64,000 bases of DNA from NCBI GenBank assembly GCA_002269645.1, contig NIVC01000010.1, positions 1,364,001-1,428,000 on the forward strand, given 5' to 3'. Below are positions 22,201 through 37,200 of the stretch, piece after piece. A program made the position numbers and the translations under genes. The DNA comes from Macrostomum lignano (lineage: Eukaryota). Position 1 is the first letter of the stretch, and every line of letters starts with the position of its first letter. The notes beneath the pieces are model-generated. The model had not been told where the DNA came from. It searched no databases and saw only the letters and a list, made by a program, of their open reading frames with translations.

Positions 22201-25200
22201 ATAGGGTGTGCTGAGTACTCGGATTTTAGAAGGTTCTGAGTTCGAATCTGCGATTTTTTGACCCGGTTTTGTTCTGATTAGCCACAATCTTTTATCGTCT
22301 AGCTAGGTCCTGGGTTCGAATCTGCGATTTTTTTGTTTAGGCTTAGTTTTAATAAGTCACTATTTAACTACCTCGTAGGTCCTGAGTTTGAACTACGATG
22401 TAGTTATCTAAATTGAAGTCTTTTAATACAAAAAACAAACATCTGTCTTTTTTACCCTCTAAGTCGTGAGTTCTAATCTTATGTCGATCAAGTTCTGTTA
22501 TGCCGAGGCCCTGGATTCGAAATTTGTTCTCTTCCCATCAGGTCAGCTCGGCGGCAGCAGGCAGCAGCAGCAGCAGCAGCAGCAGCAGATGCTGCAGGGT
22601 GCCGGCCCGGCCTCCTCTTCAGCTGCGTCATTGTCTGGCATCCCTGGCGCCAGCGCCAATTGCACTTTCCTGCAGATGGAGCAGAGCCTGACTGACAAGT
22701 GCCTGGCTGACAGCGTTGAGGCTATTGTTGGCTGCTACTTGGTGCGCTGCAATGAGCAGGTAAGAGTTGGCACAGGATGTGGGTACAGATAGACTGGTAG
22801 TCATACTGATAACTGGTAGAGACACTGGTAGACAAATATGTAAATTATCAACAGGTAGAAATGTAAACAGGTAGATAAGTGAACAGTAGAACAGTAAAAC
22901 TACGTAAGACATTATAGGTAGGTCGTAGGACATTACGTAGATGTAACAGTAGAGGCGTAGATACGTTAGGCAGATGGGTAGATACAGTAGGCAGACAAAT
23001 AGATACAGTAGGCAGACAGGTAGATGTAATAGGCAGACAGGTAGATATAGTAGGCAGACAAATAGATACAGTAGGCAGACAGGTAGATGTAATAGGCAGA
23101 CAGGTAGATATAGTAGGCAGACAGGTAGATATAGTAGGCAGACAGGTAGAGATACAGTAGGCAGACAGGTAGATACAGTAGGCAGACAAATAGATACAGT
23201 AGGCAGACAGGTAGATACAGTAGGCAGACAAATAGATATAGTAGGCAGACAGGTAGATATAGTAGGCAGACAGGTAGATATAGTAGGCAGACAGGTAGAG
23301 ATACAGTAGGCAGACAGGTAGATACAGTAGGCAGACAGGTAGATATAGTAGGCAGACAGGTAGATATAGTAGGCAGACAGGTAGAGATACAGTAGGCAGA
23401 CAGGTAGATACAGTAGGCAGGCAGGTAGATACAGTAGGCAGACAGGTAGATACAGTAGGCAGACAGGTAGAGATACAGTAGGCAGACAGGTAGATACAGT
23501 AGGCAGACAGGTAGAGATACAGTAGGCAGACAGGTAGATACAGTAGGCAGACAGGTAGAGATACAGTAGGCAGACAGGTAGATACAGTAGGCAGACAGGT
23601 AGATATAGTAGGCAGACAGGTAGATATAGTAGGCAGACAGGTAGAGATACAGTAGGCAGACAGGTAGATACAGTAGGCAGGCAGGTAGATACAGTAGGCA
23701 GACAGGTAGATACAGTAGGCAGGCAGGTAGATACAGTAGGCAGACAGGTAGATATAGTAGGCAGGCAGGTAGATACAGTAGGCAGACAGGTAGATACAGT
23801 AGGCAGGCAGGTAGATACAGTAGGCAGACAGGTAGATATAGTAGGCAGGCAGGTAGATACAGTAGGCAGACAGGTAGATACAGTAGGCAGGCAGGTAGAT
23901 ACAGTAGGCAGGCAGGTAGATATAGTAGGCAGACAGGTAGATATAGTAGGCAGACAGGTAGAGATACAGTAGGCAGACAGGTAGATACAGTAGGCAGGCA
24001 GGTAGATACAGTAGGCAGACAGGTAGATACAGTAGGCAGGCAGGTAGATACAGTAGGCAGACAGGTAGATACAGTAGGCAGACAGGTAGATACAGTAGGC
24101 AGGCAGGTAGATACAGTAGGCAGGCAGGTAGATACAGTAGGCAGGCAGCCTCCTTGACCATCACCTCACCTGACAGGCGGCCCTGCGCGTCTGCCGCTGG
24201 TTCGGCATCGCAGTCGGCGAGCTCGGAGGCAACACCGGCGACGACGTGGCCTGGCCAACGCCGCCAGATCCCGTGCTGCCGAGCGCCGTCGCGACTTCGG
24301 CGTCAATAGAAGCCGAACTGGCTCGCCGGCTAACCGGATACGACGAATTCGAATCGTTGATTGGCTATCGATTTCGCAACAGGGCCTACCTGTTGCAGGC
24401 GTTCACGCACCCGTCTGACTACCGGAACGACCTCACTGACTGCTATCAGCGGCTCGAGTTTTTGGGCGACGCTGTGTTGGACTATGTTGTTACTAGGTAG
24501 CTGCTTTGCCTCCCGCTTATTAACTTCTGGTTATTGATCTGTAGCCCCGCTTATTCACTTCCGGTTATTGATCTGTAGCCTCCCGCTTATTCACTTCCGG
24601 TTATTGATCTGTAGCCTCCCGCTTATTCACTTCCGGTTATTGATCTGGAGCCTCACGCTTATTCACTTCCGGTCATTGATTTAGAGCTACTCATCCACTT
24701 CCGGTCATTGATTTAGAGCTACTCATCCACTTCCGGTCATTGATTTAGAGCTACTTATCTACTTCCGGTCATTGATTTAGAGCTACTCATCTACTTCCGG
24801 TCATTGATTTAGAGCTACTCATCCACTTCCGGTCATTGATTTAGAGCTACTCATCCACTTCCGGTCATTGATTTAGAGCTACTCATCCACTTCCGGTCAT
24901 TGATTTAGAGCTACTCATCTACTTCCGGTCATTGATTTAAAGCTACTCATCCACTTCGGGTCATTGATCTGAAGCCACAAAAGATTTACAAAGCCACTGC
25001 TTCAAGAGTTGCCAACCCCCCCCCCCTACAAATATTCGCAAACACAGGTACCTGTTTCACGATTCCCGCCGCCATTCGCCCGCCGTACTCACCGATCTCC
25101 GATCGGCTCTGGTCAATAACGACATTTTCGGCGCACTGGCAGTGAAATGGGGCTTTCACAAGTACTTCCGCTGCGTCAGTCCCGCTCTGCACTCGCTCAT

Positions 25201-28200
25201 TGACCAGTTTGTGCAGTTCCAGAAGGACGACAAAGCTGACAATTTGGATTTCGTCACGTCTGAGGTGCGTTCGAGTTTGATTGCTGTTTTTTTAATCGAG
25301 TTGCCCCCAAATTGTCATATCTGCTCTGGTTCTCGCTGTCTACTGACTCTTCTACCCTGTCTACTTCTCTATGTACCCTCTATCTCACAGTCTACCGACT
25401 TTTCTCACCATGTTTACTTCTCTGCCTACCCTTTGTCTTCTGTCTACTTCTTTACCTACCCGTTATCTGTCTACTTCTCTATTTACCCGTCATCTCCTGT
25501 CTACTTCTCTGCCTACCCTTGGTCTCCTGTCTACTTCTCTGCCTACCCTTTGTCTTCTGTCTACTTCTTTACCTACCCGTGATCTTCTGTCTACTTCTCT
25601 ATTTACCCGTCATCTCCTGTCTACTTCTCTGCCTACCCTTGGTCTCCTGTCTACTTCTCTGCCTACCCTTTGTCTTCTGTCTACTTCTTTACCTACCCGT
25701 GATCTTCTGTCTACTTCTCTATTTACCCGTCATCTCCTGTCTACTTCTCTGCCTACCCTTGGTCTCCTGTCTACTTCTCTGCCTACCCTTTGTCTTCTGT
25801 CTACTTCTTTACCTACCCGTGATCTTCTGTCTACTTCTCTATTTACCCGTCATCTCCTGTCTACTTCTCTGCCTACCCTTTGTCTTCTGTCTACTTCTCT
25901 ATCCACAGACTACCATATCTATCTACTGACTCTACTTTATCTTCTTTATCGGCTCTGTAACTATGTCTACTGACTCTACCCTATCTACCTCTTAGTCTAT
26001 TCTGTCCGCATATTCTACTCACCCCTCTCTCTGGCGACAAAACCCAGGAAGCGGACTTCGACGACCGGCCCGAAGACGTCGAAATCCCCAAATGCCTCGG
26101 CGACATTTTCGAGTCGGTGGCCGGCGCCGTGTTTCTCGACTCCGGCATGTCTTTGGACACGGTGTGGCGCGTCTTCTATCCGCTTATGAAGGAGAGGATC
26201 GGTCAGTGCTGGTCTTTGTTAACAATAGTGACCCGTTAGTCTGCCTTGAGATTCGCCCTTAGACAGCCTTGAGAATCGCCCCTTAGACTGCCCTGAGATT
26301 CGCCCCTTAGACTGCCTTGAGAATCGCCCCTTAATCTGCCTTGAGAATTGCCTCTTAGACAGCCTTGAGAATCGCCCATTAGACTGCCTTGAGATTCGCC
26401 CATTAGACTGCCTCGAGAATCGCCCATTAGACTGCCTCGAGAATCGCCCATTAGACTGCCTCGAGAATCGCCCGTTAGACTGCTTTGAGAATCGCCCGTT
26501 AGACTGCTTTGAGAATCGCCCGTTAGACTGCTTTGAGAATCGCCCTTAGACAGCCTTGAGAATCGCCTATTAGACTGCCTTGAGAATCGCCCTTAGACAG
26601 CCTTGAGAATTGCCTATTAGACTGCCTTGAGAATCGCCCTTAGACAGCCTTGAGATTCGCCCATTAGACTGCCTCGAGAATCGCCCATTAGACTGCCTCG
26701 AGAATCGCCCATTAGACTGCCTCGAGAATCGCCCGTTAGACTGCTTTGAGAATCGCCCGTTAGACTGCCCTGAGATTCGCCCCTTAGACTGCCCTGAGAT
26801 TCGCCCCTTAGACTGCCCTGAGATTCGCCCTTAACTTTAACCTCCCCTACAAACATTTCAGAGTGCTATACAGCCGAAATACCCAAGTCGCTGGTTCGAG
26901 AACTTTTAGAGACTGAGCCGGACTGCACAAAGTTTGAGTGAGTTTTGGGTAATATTTCGCGCAAACAGTGTACATGCCTAAGGAATGACGATTTGAAAGT
27001 CAGGGCTGCTGTGCACCCTGTGTGAGCGTGTGTATGAGTGTGTGCCTGCGTACAGTGTTGGTGCGCTTGTGTGCTCAGGGGTCAGCGAAATAGGCAGATG
27101 TCACAGGCATTTTTTAGTTCAACCCACCTTGGTGCAAGACACACTCACTGATCAAGACACACTGATCCAGACACACTGATCAAGACACACTGATCAAGAC
27201 AGACACAATGATCCAGACACACTGATCAAGACACACTGATCAAGACAGACACAATGATCCAGACACACTGATCAAGACACACTGATCAAGACAGACACAA
27301 TGATCCAGACACACTGATCAAGACACTCTGATCCAGACACTCTGATCCAGACACACTGATCCAGACACACTGATCCAGACACACTGATCAAGACACACTG
27401 ATCCAGACACACTGATCCAGACACACTGATCCAGACACACTGATCAAGACACACTGATCCAGACACACTGATCAAGACACACTGATCAAGACACACTGAT
27501 CCAGACACACTGATCAAGACACACTGATCCAGACACACTGATCAAGACACACTGATCAAGACACTGATCAAGACACACTGATCCAGACACACTGATCAAG
27601 ACACTGATCAAGACACACTGATCCAGACACACTGATCAAGACACACTGATCAAGACACTGATCAAGACACACTGATCCAGACACACTGATCAAGACACTG
27701 ATCAAGACACACTGATCAAGACACTGATCAAGACAGACTGATCAAGACACTGATCAAGACACTGATCAAGACACACTGATCAAGACACACTGATCAAGAC
27801 AGACACAATGATCCAGACACACTGATCAAGACACACTGATCAAGACAGACACAATGATCCAGACACACTGATCAAGACACACTGATCAAGACAGACACAA
27901 TGATCCAGACACACTGATCAAGACACACTGATCAAGACAGACACAATGATCCAGACACACTGATCAAGACACACTGATCAAGACAGACAGACACACTGAT
28001 CCAGACACACTGATCAAGACACACTGATCAAGACACTGATCCAGACACACTGATCAAGACACACTGATCAAGACACACTGATCAAGACACACTGATCAAG
28101 ACACACTGATCAAGACACACTGATCAAGACACACTGATCAAGACACACTGATCCAGACACACTGATCAAGACACACTGATCCAGACACACTGATCCAGAC

Positions 28201-31200
28201 ACACTGATCCAGACACACTGATCAAGACACACTGATCCAGACACACTGATCAAGACACTGATCAAGACACACTGATCCAGACACACTGATCAAGACACAC
28301 TGATCAAGACACTGATCAAGACACACTGATCAAGACACTGTTCAAGACACACTGATCAAGACACTGATCAAGACACACTGATCCAGACACACTGATCAAG
28401 ACACTGATCAAGACACACTGATCCAGACACACTGATCAAGACACACTGATCAAGACACTGATCAAGACACACTGATCCAGACACACTGATCAAGACACTG
28501 ATCAAGACACACTGATCCAGACACACTGATCCAGACACTCTGATCCAGACACTCTGATCCAGACACTCTGATCAAGACACTGATCCAGACACTCTGATCC
28601 AGACACTCTGATCAAGACACTGATCAAGACACACTGATCCAGACACACTGATCCAGACACTCTGATCCAGACACTCTGATCCAGACACTCTGATCCAGAC
28701 ACACTGATCCAGACACACTGATCCAGACACACTGATCAAGACACACTGATCCAGACACACTGATCAAGACACACTGATCAAGACACACTGATCCAGACAC
28801 ACTGATCCAGACACACTGATCAAGACACACTGATCCAGACACACTGATCAAGACACACTGATCCAGACACACTGATCAAGACACACTGATCAAGACACAC
28901 TGATCCAGACACACTGATCAAGACACACTGATCCAGACACACTGATCCAGACACACTGATCAAGACACACTGATCAAGACACACTGATCCAGACACACTG
29001 ATCAAGACACACTGATCCAGACACACTGATCAAGACACACTGATCCAGGCACTCTGATCCAGACACACTGATCAAGACACACTGATCAAGACACACTGAT
29101 CCAGACACACTGATCAAGACACACTGATCCAGACACACTGATCAAGACACACTGATCAAGACACACTGATCAAGACACACTGATCAAGACACACTGATCC
29201 AGACACACTGATCAAGACACACTGATCCAGACACACTGATCAAGACACACTGATCAAGACACTGATCAAGACACACTGATCCAGACACACTGATCAAGAC
29301 ACTGATCAAGACACACTGATCCAGACACACTGATCAAGACACACTGATCAAGACACTGATCAAGACACACTGATCCAGACACACTGATCAAGACACTGAT
29401 CAAGACACACTGATCCAGACACACTGATCCAGACACTCTGATCCAGACACTCTGATCCAGACACTCTGATCAAGACACTGATCAAGACACACTGATCCAG
29501 ACACACTGATCCAGACACTCTGATCCAGACACTCTGATCCAGACACTCTGATCCAGACACACTGATCCAGACACACTGATCCAGACACACTGATCAAGAC
29601 ACACTGATCAAGACACACTGATCCAGACACACTGATCAAGACACACTGATCAAGACACACTGATCCAGACACACTGATCCAGACACACTGATCCAGACAC
29701 ACTGATCCAGACACACTGATCAAGACACACTGATCCAGACACACTGATCAAGACACACTGATCAAGACACACTGATCCAGACACACTGATCAAGACACAC
29801 TGATCCAGACACACTGATCAAGACACACTGATCAAGACACACTGATCCAGACACACTGATCAAGACACACTGATCCAGACACACTGATCAAGACACACTG
29901 ATCAAGACACTCTGATCCAGACACACTGATCAAGACACACTGATCAAGACACACTGATCCAGACACACTGATCAAGACACACTGATCAAGACACACTGAT
30001 CCAGACACACTGATCAAGACACACTGATCCAGACACACTGATCCAGACACACTGATCAAGAAACACTGATCAAGACACACTGATCCAGACACACTGATCA
30101 AGACACACTGATCAAGACACTGATCAAGACACACTGATCCAGACACACTGATCAAGACACTGATCAAGACACACTGATCAAGACACTGATCAAGACAGAC
30201 TGATCAAGACACTGATCAAGACACACTGATCAAGACACACTGATCAAGACAGACACAATGATCCAGACACACTGATCAAGACACACTGATCAAGACAGAC
30301 ACAATGATCCAGACACACTGATCAAGACACACTGATCAAGACAGACACAATGATCCAGACACACTGATCAAGACACACTGATCAAGACAGACACAATGAT
30401 CCAGACACACTGATCAAGACACACTGATCAAGACAGACAGACACACTGATCCAGACACACTGATCAAGACACACTGATCAAGACACTGATCCAGACACAC
30501 TGATCAAGACACACTGATCAAGACACACTGATCAAGACACACTGATCAAGACACACTGATCAAGACACACTGATCAAGACACACTGATCCAGACACACTG
30601 ATCAAGACACACTGATCCAGACACACTGATCCAGACACACTGATCCAGACACACTGATCAAGACACACTGATCCAGACACACTGATCAAGACACTGATCC
30701 AGACACACTGATCAAGACACACTGATCAAGACACTGATCAAGACACACTGATCAAGACACTGATCAAGACACACTGATCAAGACACTGATCAAGACACAC
30801 TGATCCAGACACACTGATCAAGACACTGATCAAGACACACTGATCCAGACACACTGATCAAGACACACTGATCAAGACACTGATCAAGACACACTGATCC
30901 AGACACACTGATCAAGACACTGATCAAGACACACTGATCCAGACACACTGATCCAGACACTCTGATCCAGACACTCTGATCCAGACACTCTGATCAAGAC
31001 ACTGATCAAGACACACTGATCCAGACACACTGATCCAGACACTCTGATCCAGACACTCTGATCCAGACACTCTGATCCAGACACACTGATCCAGACACAC
31101 TGATCCAGACACACTGATCAAGACACACTGATCCAGACACACTGATCAAGACACACTGATCCAGACACACTGATCAAGACACACTGATCCAGACACACTG

Positions 31201-34200
31201 ATCAAGACACACTGATCAAGACACACTGATCAAGACACACTGATCCAGACACACTGATCAAGACACACTGATCCAGACACACTGATCCAGACACACTGAT
31301 CAAGACACACTGATCAAGACACACTGATCCAGACACACTGATCAAGACACACTGATCCAGACACACTGATCAAGACACACTGATCCAGACACACTGATCC
31401 AGACACACTGATCAAGACACACTGATCAAGACACACTGATCAAGACACACTGATCAAGACACACTGATCCAGACACACTGATCAAGACACACTGATCCAG
31501 ACACACTGATCCAGACACACTGATCAAGACACACTGATCAAGACACACTGATCAAGACACACTGATCAAGACACACTGATCAAGACACACTGATCCAGAC
31601 ACACTGATCAAGACACACTGATCAAGACACTGATCAAGACACACTGATCCAGACACACTGATCAAGACACTGATCAAGACACACTGATCCAGACACACTG
31701 ATCAAGACACACTGATCCAGACACACTGATCCAGACACACTGATCAAGACACTCTGATCCAGACACTCTGATCCAGACACACTGATCCAGACACACTGAT
31801 CAAGACACTGATCAAGACACACTGATCCAGACACACTGATCCAGACACTCTGATCCAGACACTCTGATCAAGACACACTGATCCAGACACACTGATCCAG
31901 ACACACTGATCCAGACACACTGATCAAGACACACTGATCAAGACACACTGATCCAGACACACTGATCAAGACACACTGATCCAGACACACTGATCAAGAC
32001 ACACTGATCCAGACACACTGATCCAGACACACTGATCCAGACACACTGATCAAGACACACTGATCCAGACACACTGATCAAGACACACTGATCAAGACAC
32101 ACTGATCCAGACACACTGATCAAGACACACTGATCCAGACACACTGATCCAGACACACTGATCAAGACACACTGATCAAGACACACTGATCCAGACACAC
32201 TGATCAAGACACACTGATCCAGACACACTGATCAAGACACACTGATCCAGACACACTGATCCAGACACACTGATCAAGACACACTGATCAAGACACACTG
32301 ATCCAGACACACTGATCAAGACACACTGATCAAGACACACTGATCAAGACACACTGATCCAGACACACTGATCCAGACACACTGATCAAGAAACACTGAT
32401 CAAGACACACTGATCAAGACACACTGATCAAGACACACTGATCAAGACACACTGATCCAGACACACTGATCAAGACACACTGATCAAGACACACTGATCC
32501 AGACACACTGATCAAGACACACTGATCCAGACACACTGATCAAGACACACTGATCCAGACACACTGATCAAGACACACTGATCAAGACACACTGATCCAG
32601 ACACACTGATCAAGACACACTGATCCAGACACACTGATCCAGACACACTGATCAAGACACACTGATCCAGACACACTGATCAAGACACACTGATCAAGAC
32701 ACACTGATCCAGACACACTGATCAAGACACACTGATCCAGACACACTGATCCAGACACACTGATCAAGACACACTGATCCAGACACACTGATCAAGACAC
32801 ACTGATCCAGACACACTGATCAAGACACACTGATCCAGACACACTGATCCAGACACACTGATCCAGACACACTGATCAAGACACACTGATCAAGACACAC
32901 TGATCAGACACACTGATCAGACACACTGATCAAGACACACTGATCCAGACACACTGATCCAGACACACTGATCAAGACACACTGATCAAGACACACTGAT
33001 CCAGACACACTGATCAAGACACACTGATCCAGACACACTGATCAAGACACACTGATCAAGACACACTGATCCAGACACACTGATCAAGACACACTGATCA
33101 AGACACACTGATCAAGACACACTGATCCAGACACACTGATCAAGACACACTGATCCAGACACACTGATCAAGACACACTGATCCAGACACTCTGATCCAG
33201 ACACACTGATCAAGACACACTGATCCAGACACACTGATCAAGACACACTGATCCAGACACACTGATCAAGACACACTGATCCAGACACACTGATCAAGAC
33301 ACACTGATCCAGACACACTGATCAAGACACACTGATCCAGACACACTGATCAAGACACACTGATCAAGACACACTGATCCAGACACACTGATCAAGACAC
33401 ACTGATCCAGACACACTGATCAAGACACACTGATCCAGACACACTGATCAAGACACACTGATCAAGACACACTGATCCAGACACACTGATCAAGACACAC
33501 TGATCCAGACACACTGATCAAGACACACTGATCCAGACACACTGATCCAGACACACTGATCCAGACACACTGATCAAGACACACTGATCAAGACACACTG
33601 ATCCAGACACACTGATCAAGACACACTGATCCAGACACACTGATCAAGACACACTGATCCAGACACACTGATCCAGACACACTGATCAAGACACACTGAT
33701 CAAGACACTCTGATCCAGACACACTGATCAAGACACACTGATCAAGACACACTGATCCAGACACACTGATCAAGACACACTGATCAAGACACACTGATCC
33801 AGACACACTGATCCAGACACACTGATCAAGACACATTGATCAAGACACACTGATCCAGACACACTGATCAAGACACACTGATCAAGACACACTGATCCAG
33901 ACACACTGATCAAGACACACTGATCCAGACACACTGATCAAGACACACTGATCCAGACACACTGATCCAGACACACTGATCCAGACACACTGATCAAGAC
34001 ACACTGATCAAGACACACTGATCCAGACACACTGATCAAGACACACTGATCAAGACACACTGATCAAGACACACTGATCCAGACACACTGATCAAGACAC
34101 ACTGATCCAGACACTCTGATCCAGACACACTGATCAAGACACACTGATCCAGACACTCTGATCCAGACACACTGATCAAGACACTCTGATCCAGACACAC

Positions 34201-37200
34201 TGATCAAGACACACTGATCCAGACACACTGATCAAGACACACTGATCCAGACACTCTGATCCAGACACACTGATCAAGACACACTGATCCAGACACTCTG
34301 ATCCAGACACACTGATCCAGACACACTGATCCAGACACACTGATCAAGACACACTGATCCAGACACTCTGATCCAGACACACTGATCCAGACACACTGAT
34401 CCAGACACACTGATCAAGACACACTGATCCAGACACTCTGATCCAGACACACTGATCCAGACACACTGATCAAGACACACTGATCAAGACACACTGATCC
34501 AGACACACTGATCAAGACACACTGATCCAGACACACTGATCCAGACACACTGATCAAGACACACTGATCAAGACACACTGATCCAGACACACTGATCAAG
34601 ACACACTGATCAAGACACACTGATCAAGACACACTGATCCAGACACACTGATCAAGACACACTGATCCAGACACACTGATCCAGACACACTGATCAAGAA
34701 ACACTGATCAAGACACACTGATCAAGACACACTGATCCAGACACACTGATCAAGACACACTGATCAAGACACACTGATCCAGACACACTGATCAAGACAC
34801 ACTGATCCAGACACACTGATCAAGACACACTGATCCAGACACACTGATCAAGACACACTGATCAAGACACACTGATCCAGACACACTGATCAAGACACAC
34901 TGATCCAGACACACTGATCCAGACACACTGATCAAGACACACTGATCCAGACACACTGATCAAGACACACTGATCAAGACACACTGATCCAGACACACTG
35001 ATCAAGACACACTGATCCAGACACACTGATCCAGACACACTGATCCAGACACACTGATCAAGACACACTGATCCAGACACACTGATCAAGACACACTGAT
35101 CCAGACACACTGATCAAGACACACTGATCCAGACACACTGATCCAGACACACTGATCCAGACACACTGATCAAGACACACTGATCAAGACACACTGATCC
35201 AGACACACTGATCAAGACACACTGATCCAGACACACTGATCAAGACACACTGATCCAGACACACTGATCCAGACACACTGATCAAGACACACTGATCAAG
35301 ACACTCTGATCCAGACACACTGATCAAGACACACTGATCAAGACACACTGATCCAGACACACTGATCAAGACACACTGATCAAGACACACTGATCCAGAC
35401 ACACTGATCCAGACACACTGATCAAGACACACTGATCCAGACACACTGATCAAGACACACTGATCCAGACACACTGATCAAGACACACTGATCCAGACAC
35501 ACTGATCCAGACACACTGATCAAGACACACTGATCCAGACACACTGATCAAGACACACTGATCAAGACACACTGATCCAGACACACTGATCAAGACACAC
35601 TGATCCAGACACACTGATCAAGACACACTGATCCAGACACACTGATCAAGACACACTGATCCAGACACACTGATCAAGACACACTGATCAAGACACACTG
35701 ATCCAGACACACTGATCAAGACACACTGATCCAGACACACTGATCAAGACACACTGATCCAGACACACTGATCAAGACACACTGATCAAGACACACTGAT
35801 CCAGACACACTGATCAAGACACACTGATCCAGACACACTGATCAAGACACACTGATCCAGACACACTGATCCAGACACACTGATCAAGACACACTGATCA
35901 AGACACACTGATCCAGACACACTGATCAAGACACACTGATCCAGACACACTGATCAAGACACACTGATCCAGACACACTGATCCAGACACACTGATCAAG
36001 ACACACTGATCAAGACACTCTGATCCAGACACACTGATCAAGACACACTGATCAAGACACACTGATCCAGACACACTGATCAAGACACACTGATCAAGAC
36101 ACACTGATCCAGACACACTGATCCAGACACACTGATCAAGACACATGATCAAGACACACTGATCCAGACACACTGATCAAGACACACTGATCAAGACACA
36201 CTGATCCAGACACACTGATCAAGACACACTGATCCAGACACACTGATCAAGACACACTGATCCAGACACACTGATCCAGACACACTGATCCAGACACACT
36301 GATCAAGACACACTGATCAAGACACACTGATCCAGACACACTGATCAAGACACACTGATCAAGACACACTGATCCAGACACACTGATCAAGACACACTGA
36401 TCCAGACACACTGATCAAGACACACTGATCCAGACACTCTGATCCAGACACACTGATCAAGACACACTGATCCAGACACTCTGATCCAGACACACTGATC
36501 AAGACACTCTGATCCAGACACACTGATCAAGACACACTGATCCAGACACACTGATCAAGACACACTGATCCAGACACTCTGATCCAGACACACTGATCAA
36601 GACACACTGATCCAGACACTCTAATCCAGACACACTGATCCAGACACACTGATCCAGACACACTGATCAAGACACTCTGATCCAGACACTCTGATCCAGA
36701 CACACTGATCCAGACACACTGATCCAGACACACTGATCAAGACACACTGATCCAGACACTCTGATCCAGACACACTGATCCAGACACACTGATCAAGACA
36801 CACTGATCAAGACACACTGATCCAGACACACTGATCAAGACACACTGATCCAGACACACTGATCCAGACACACTGATCAAGACACACTGATCAAGACACA
36901 CTGATCCAGACACACTGATCAAGACACACTGATCAAGACACACTGATCCAGACACACTGATCAAGACACACTGATCCAGACACTCTGATCAAGACACACT
37001 GATCCAGACACACTGATCAAGACACACTGATCCAGACACACTGATCAAGACACACTGATCCAGACACACTGATCAAGACACACTGATCCAGACACACTGA
37101 TCAAGACACACTGATCAAGAAACACTGATCCAGACACACTGATCAAGACACACTGATCCAGACACTCTGATCCAGACACACTGATCCAGACACACTGATC

